24,000 bases of DNA, from NCBI RefSeq assembly GCF_008931805.1, contig NZ_CP044399.1, positions 2,815,370 through 2,839,369 of the forward strand, in the 5' to 3' direction. The stretch comes from Moritella marina ATCC 15381. GTDB taxonomy: Bacteria > Pseudomonadota > Gammaproteobacteria > Enterobacterales > Moritellaceae. The notes under the pieces are model-generated. The model ran no database searches. It saw only the letters and a list, made by a program, of their open reading frames with translations, and was not told the DNA's origin. The stretch's first letter is position 1. Each line of letters starts with the position of its first letter. A program made the position numbers and the translations under genes. Shown piece by piece: positions 23,884 through 24,000 of this stretch.

Positions 23884-24000
23884 TTAGCTTTAATTTTAAA
23901 TCTGCGTTGCCTTCACGATAATCCATTGTCACTTTAAAGCCACAATATTTTGCTAATTTAATCATGCCGGAATTGGTTGGCATAGTGAAACCCACCATGG
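23876..24000 (-). CDS. 3' end of an unlisted ORF; the C-terminus resembles a GNAT acetyltransferase (5' end outside the window)
   Basis: The minus-strand frame is open from the window edge to TAA (complement of 23876-23878). The translation is ...MVGFTMPTNSGMIKLAKYCGFKVTMDYREGNADLKLKLND*. The N.GMIKLA.K.GF motif is typical of the last helix and strand of GNAT proteins. It is too short to appear in the ORF track, and the family call is tentative. Confidence 0.4.
   Translation of the reverse strand, partial: MVGFTMPTNSGMIKLAKYCGFKVTMDYREGNADLKLKLND

Overview
This is a visibly AT-rich gammaproteobacterial chromosomal window; a marine Vibrionales/Alteromonadales-like origin is inferred from protein similarity only. 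It looks like core genome, not an accessory island. From left to right it contains the following. (1) The 3' end of a GalR/GalS-like LacI repressor gene. (2) A convergent 901-aa Cache-sensor hybrid histidine kinase. (3) A complete Leloir operon galE-galT-galK-galM on the minus strand. (4) Divergent from galE, an Ebg-type locus (ebgR, then ebgA-ebgC and a YgjI/YjeM-like APC permease) colinear with E. coli ebgR-ebgAC-ygjI. (5) Housekeeping genes aroC, prmB, smrB, two small convergent genes (one YtfK/DUF1107-like), sixA and a signal-peptide-less M16 (pitrilysin-like) protease. (6) A co-directional GNAT-like (partial)-LysR-LysE/RhtB string. I found no tRNA/rRNA, CRISPR, transposase, integrase, phage or recognisable defence genes, and every long ORF has an ordinary assignment. 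I therefore do not see convincing evidence for a wholly new multi-gene system. The points most worth a second look are listed here. First, the physical fusion of the functionally enigmatic Ebg system, with an APC-type permease as its only transporter, to the galactose operon. Second, a family of GC-rich REP-like palindromic elements: 3 clear copies at the ygjI/aroC convergence, plus a degenerate copy that appears to carry the permease ribosome-binding site. Third, a (CCTATA)6 microsatellite abutting the galM start. Fourth, candidate GalR and EbgR operators. Fifth, a 15-bp tandem repeat upstream of the protease gene. All identifications come from reading the translations and recalling E. coli orthologues; no searches were run.
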